64,000 nt of DNA from assembly GCF_037042905.1 (NCBI RefSeq), contig NC_087250.1:10108001-10172000 (forward strand), in the 5' to 3' direction. Position numbers and translations under genes: made by a program. Below, piece by piece: positions 63,742 to 64,000 of this stretch (position 1 is the first letter of the stretch; each line of letters begins with the position of its first letter). Source of the DNA: Lytechinus pictus. Its lineage: Eukaryota. The notes under the pieces were generated by a model that did not search any database, was not told the DNA's origin, and saw nothing but the letters and a program-made list of their open reading frames with translations.

Positions 63742-63884
63742 CAGGCCCGTAGCCAGGGTTTTCCATTAGGGGGTTCAAACCCTTCTCTTTCCTTCACTTC
63801 TTATTTTCCTCCCTTATTTTTTCTTGCTTTTGAATATTTGAGGAGGTTGCTTTGAGCTCCCGAACTCCCCCGGCTATGGGCTTG
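63742..63884. mobile_element. Short hAT-like MITE
   Basis: CAGGCCCGTAGCC...GGCTATGGGCTTG inverted ends. Confidence 0.6.
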
Positions 63885-64000
63885 CTAGATATTGTGGTAA
63901 AGCAATTTTAGCGATAATGTACATGTATTACAATTATGCCTTCTTTTCATGCAAACAGTATGCATATAATTTTTGTGAATTTTTCTTTTTCTCAAGGCAA

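Overview
Eukaryotic, AT-rich, intron- and repeat-rich animal DNA. The repeat types and gene sequences suggest an invertebrate deuterostome, probably a sea urchin (inference). Three spliced genes were reconstructed by hand with GT-AG junctions and consistent phases. (1) A complete 4-exon SLC16/monocarboxylate-transporter-family gene on the minus strand (19984-12612, 477 aa). (2) A complete 9-coding-exon SLC37A4/glucose-6-phosphate translocase homologue on the plus strand (37886-48376/48389). (3) The last three coding exons of vinculin on the minus strand (62726-55386), convergent with SLC37A4. The rest is mostly non-autonomous DNA transposons (mariner-, hAT-, CACTA-, Harbinger- and Kolobok-like, often nested), a tRNA-derived SINE family, satellites and microsatellites. 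The most unusual feature is a recurring pattern of 'exon echoes': degenerate local tandem copies of half an exon plus its splice site or stop codon sit beside five SLC37A4 coding exons, a putative 5'UTR exon and the vinculin terminal exon. The echoes also expose a 1-nt frameshift that removes the SLC37A4 C-terminal KKxx signal, and TA-to-TACATGTA insertions that look like transposon excision footprints. All alignments and counts were done by eye.
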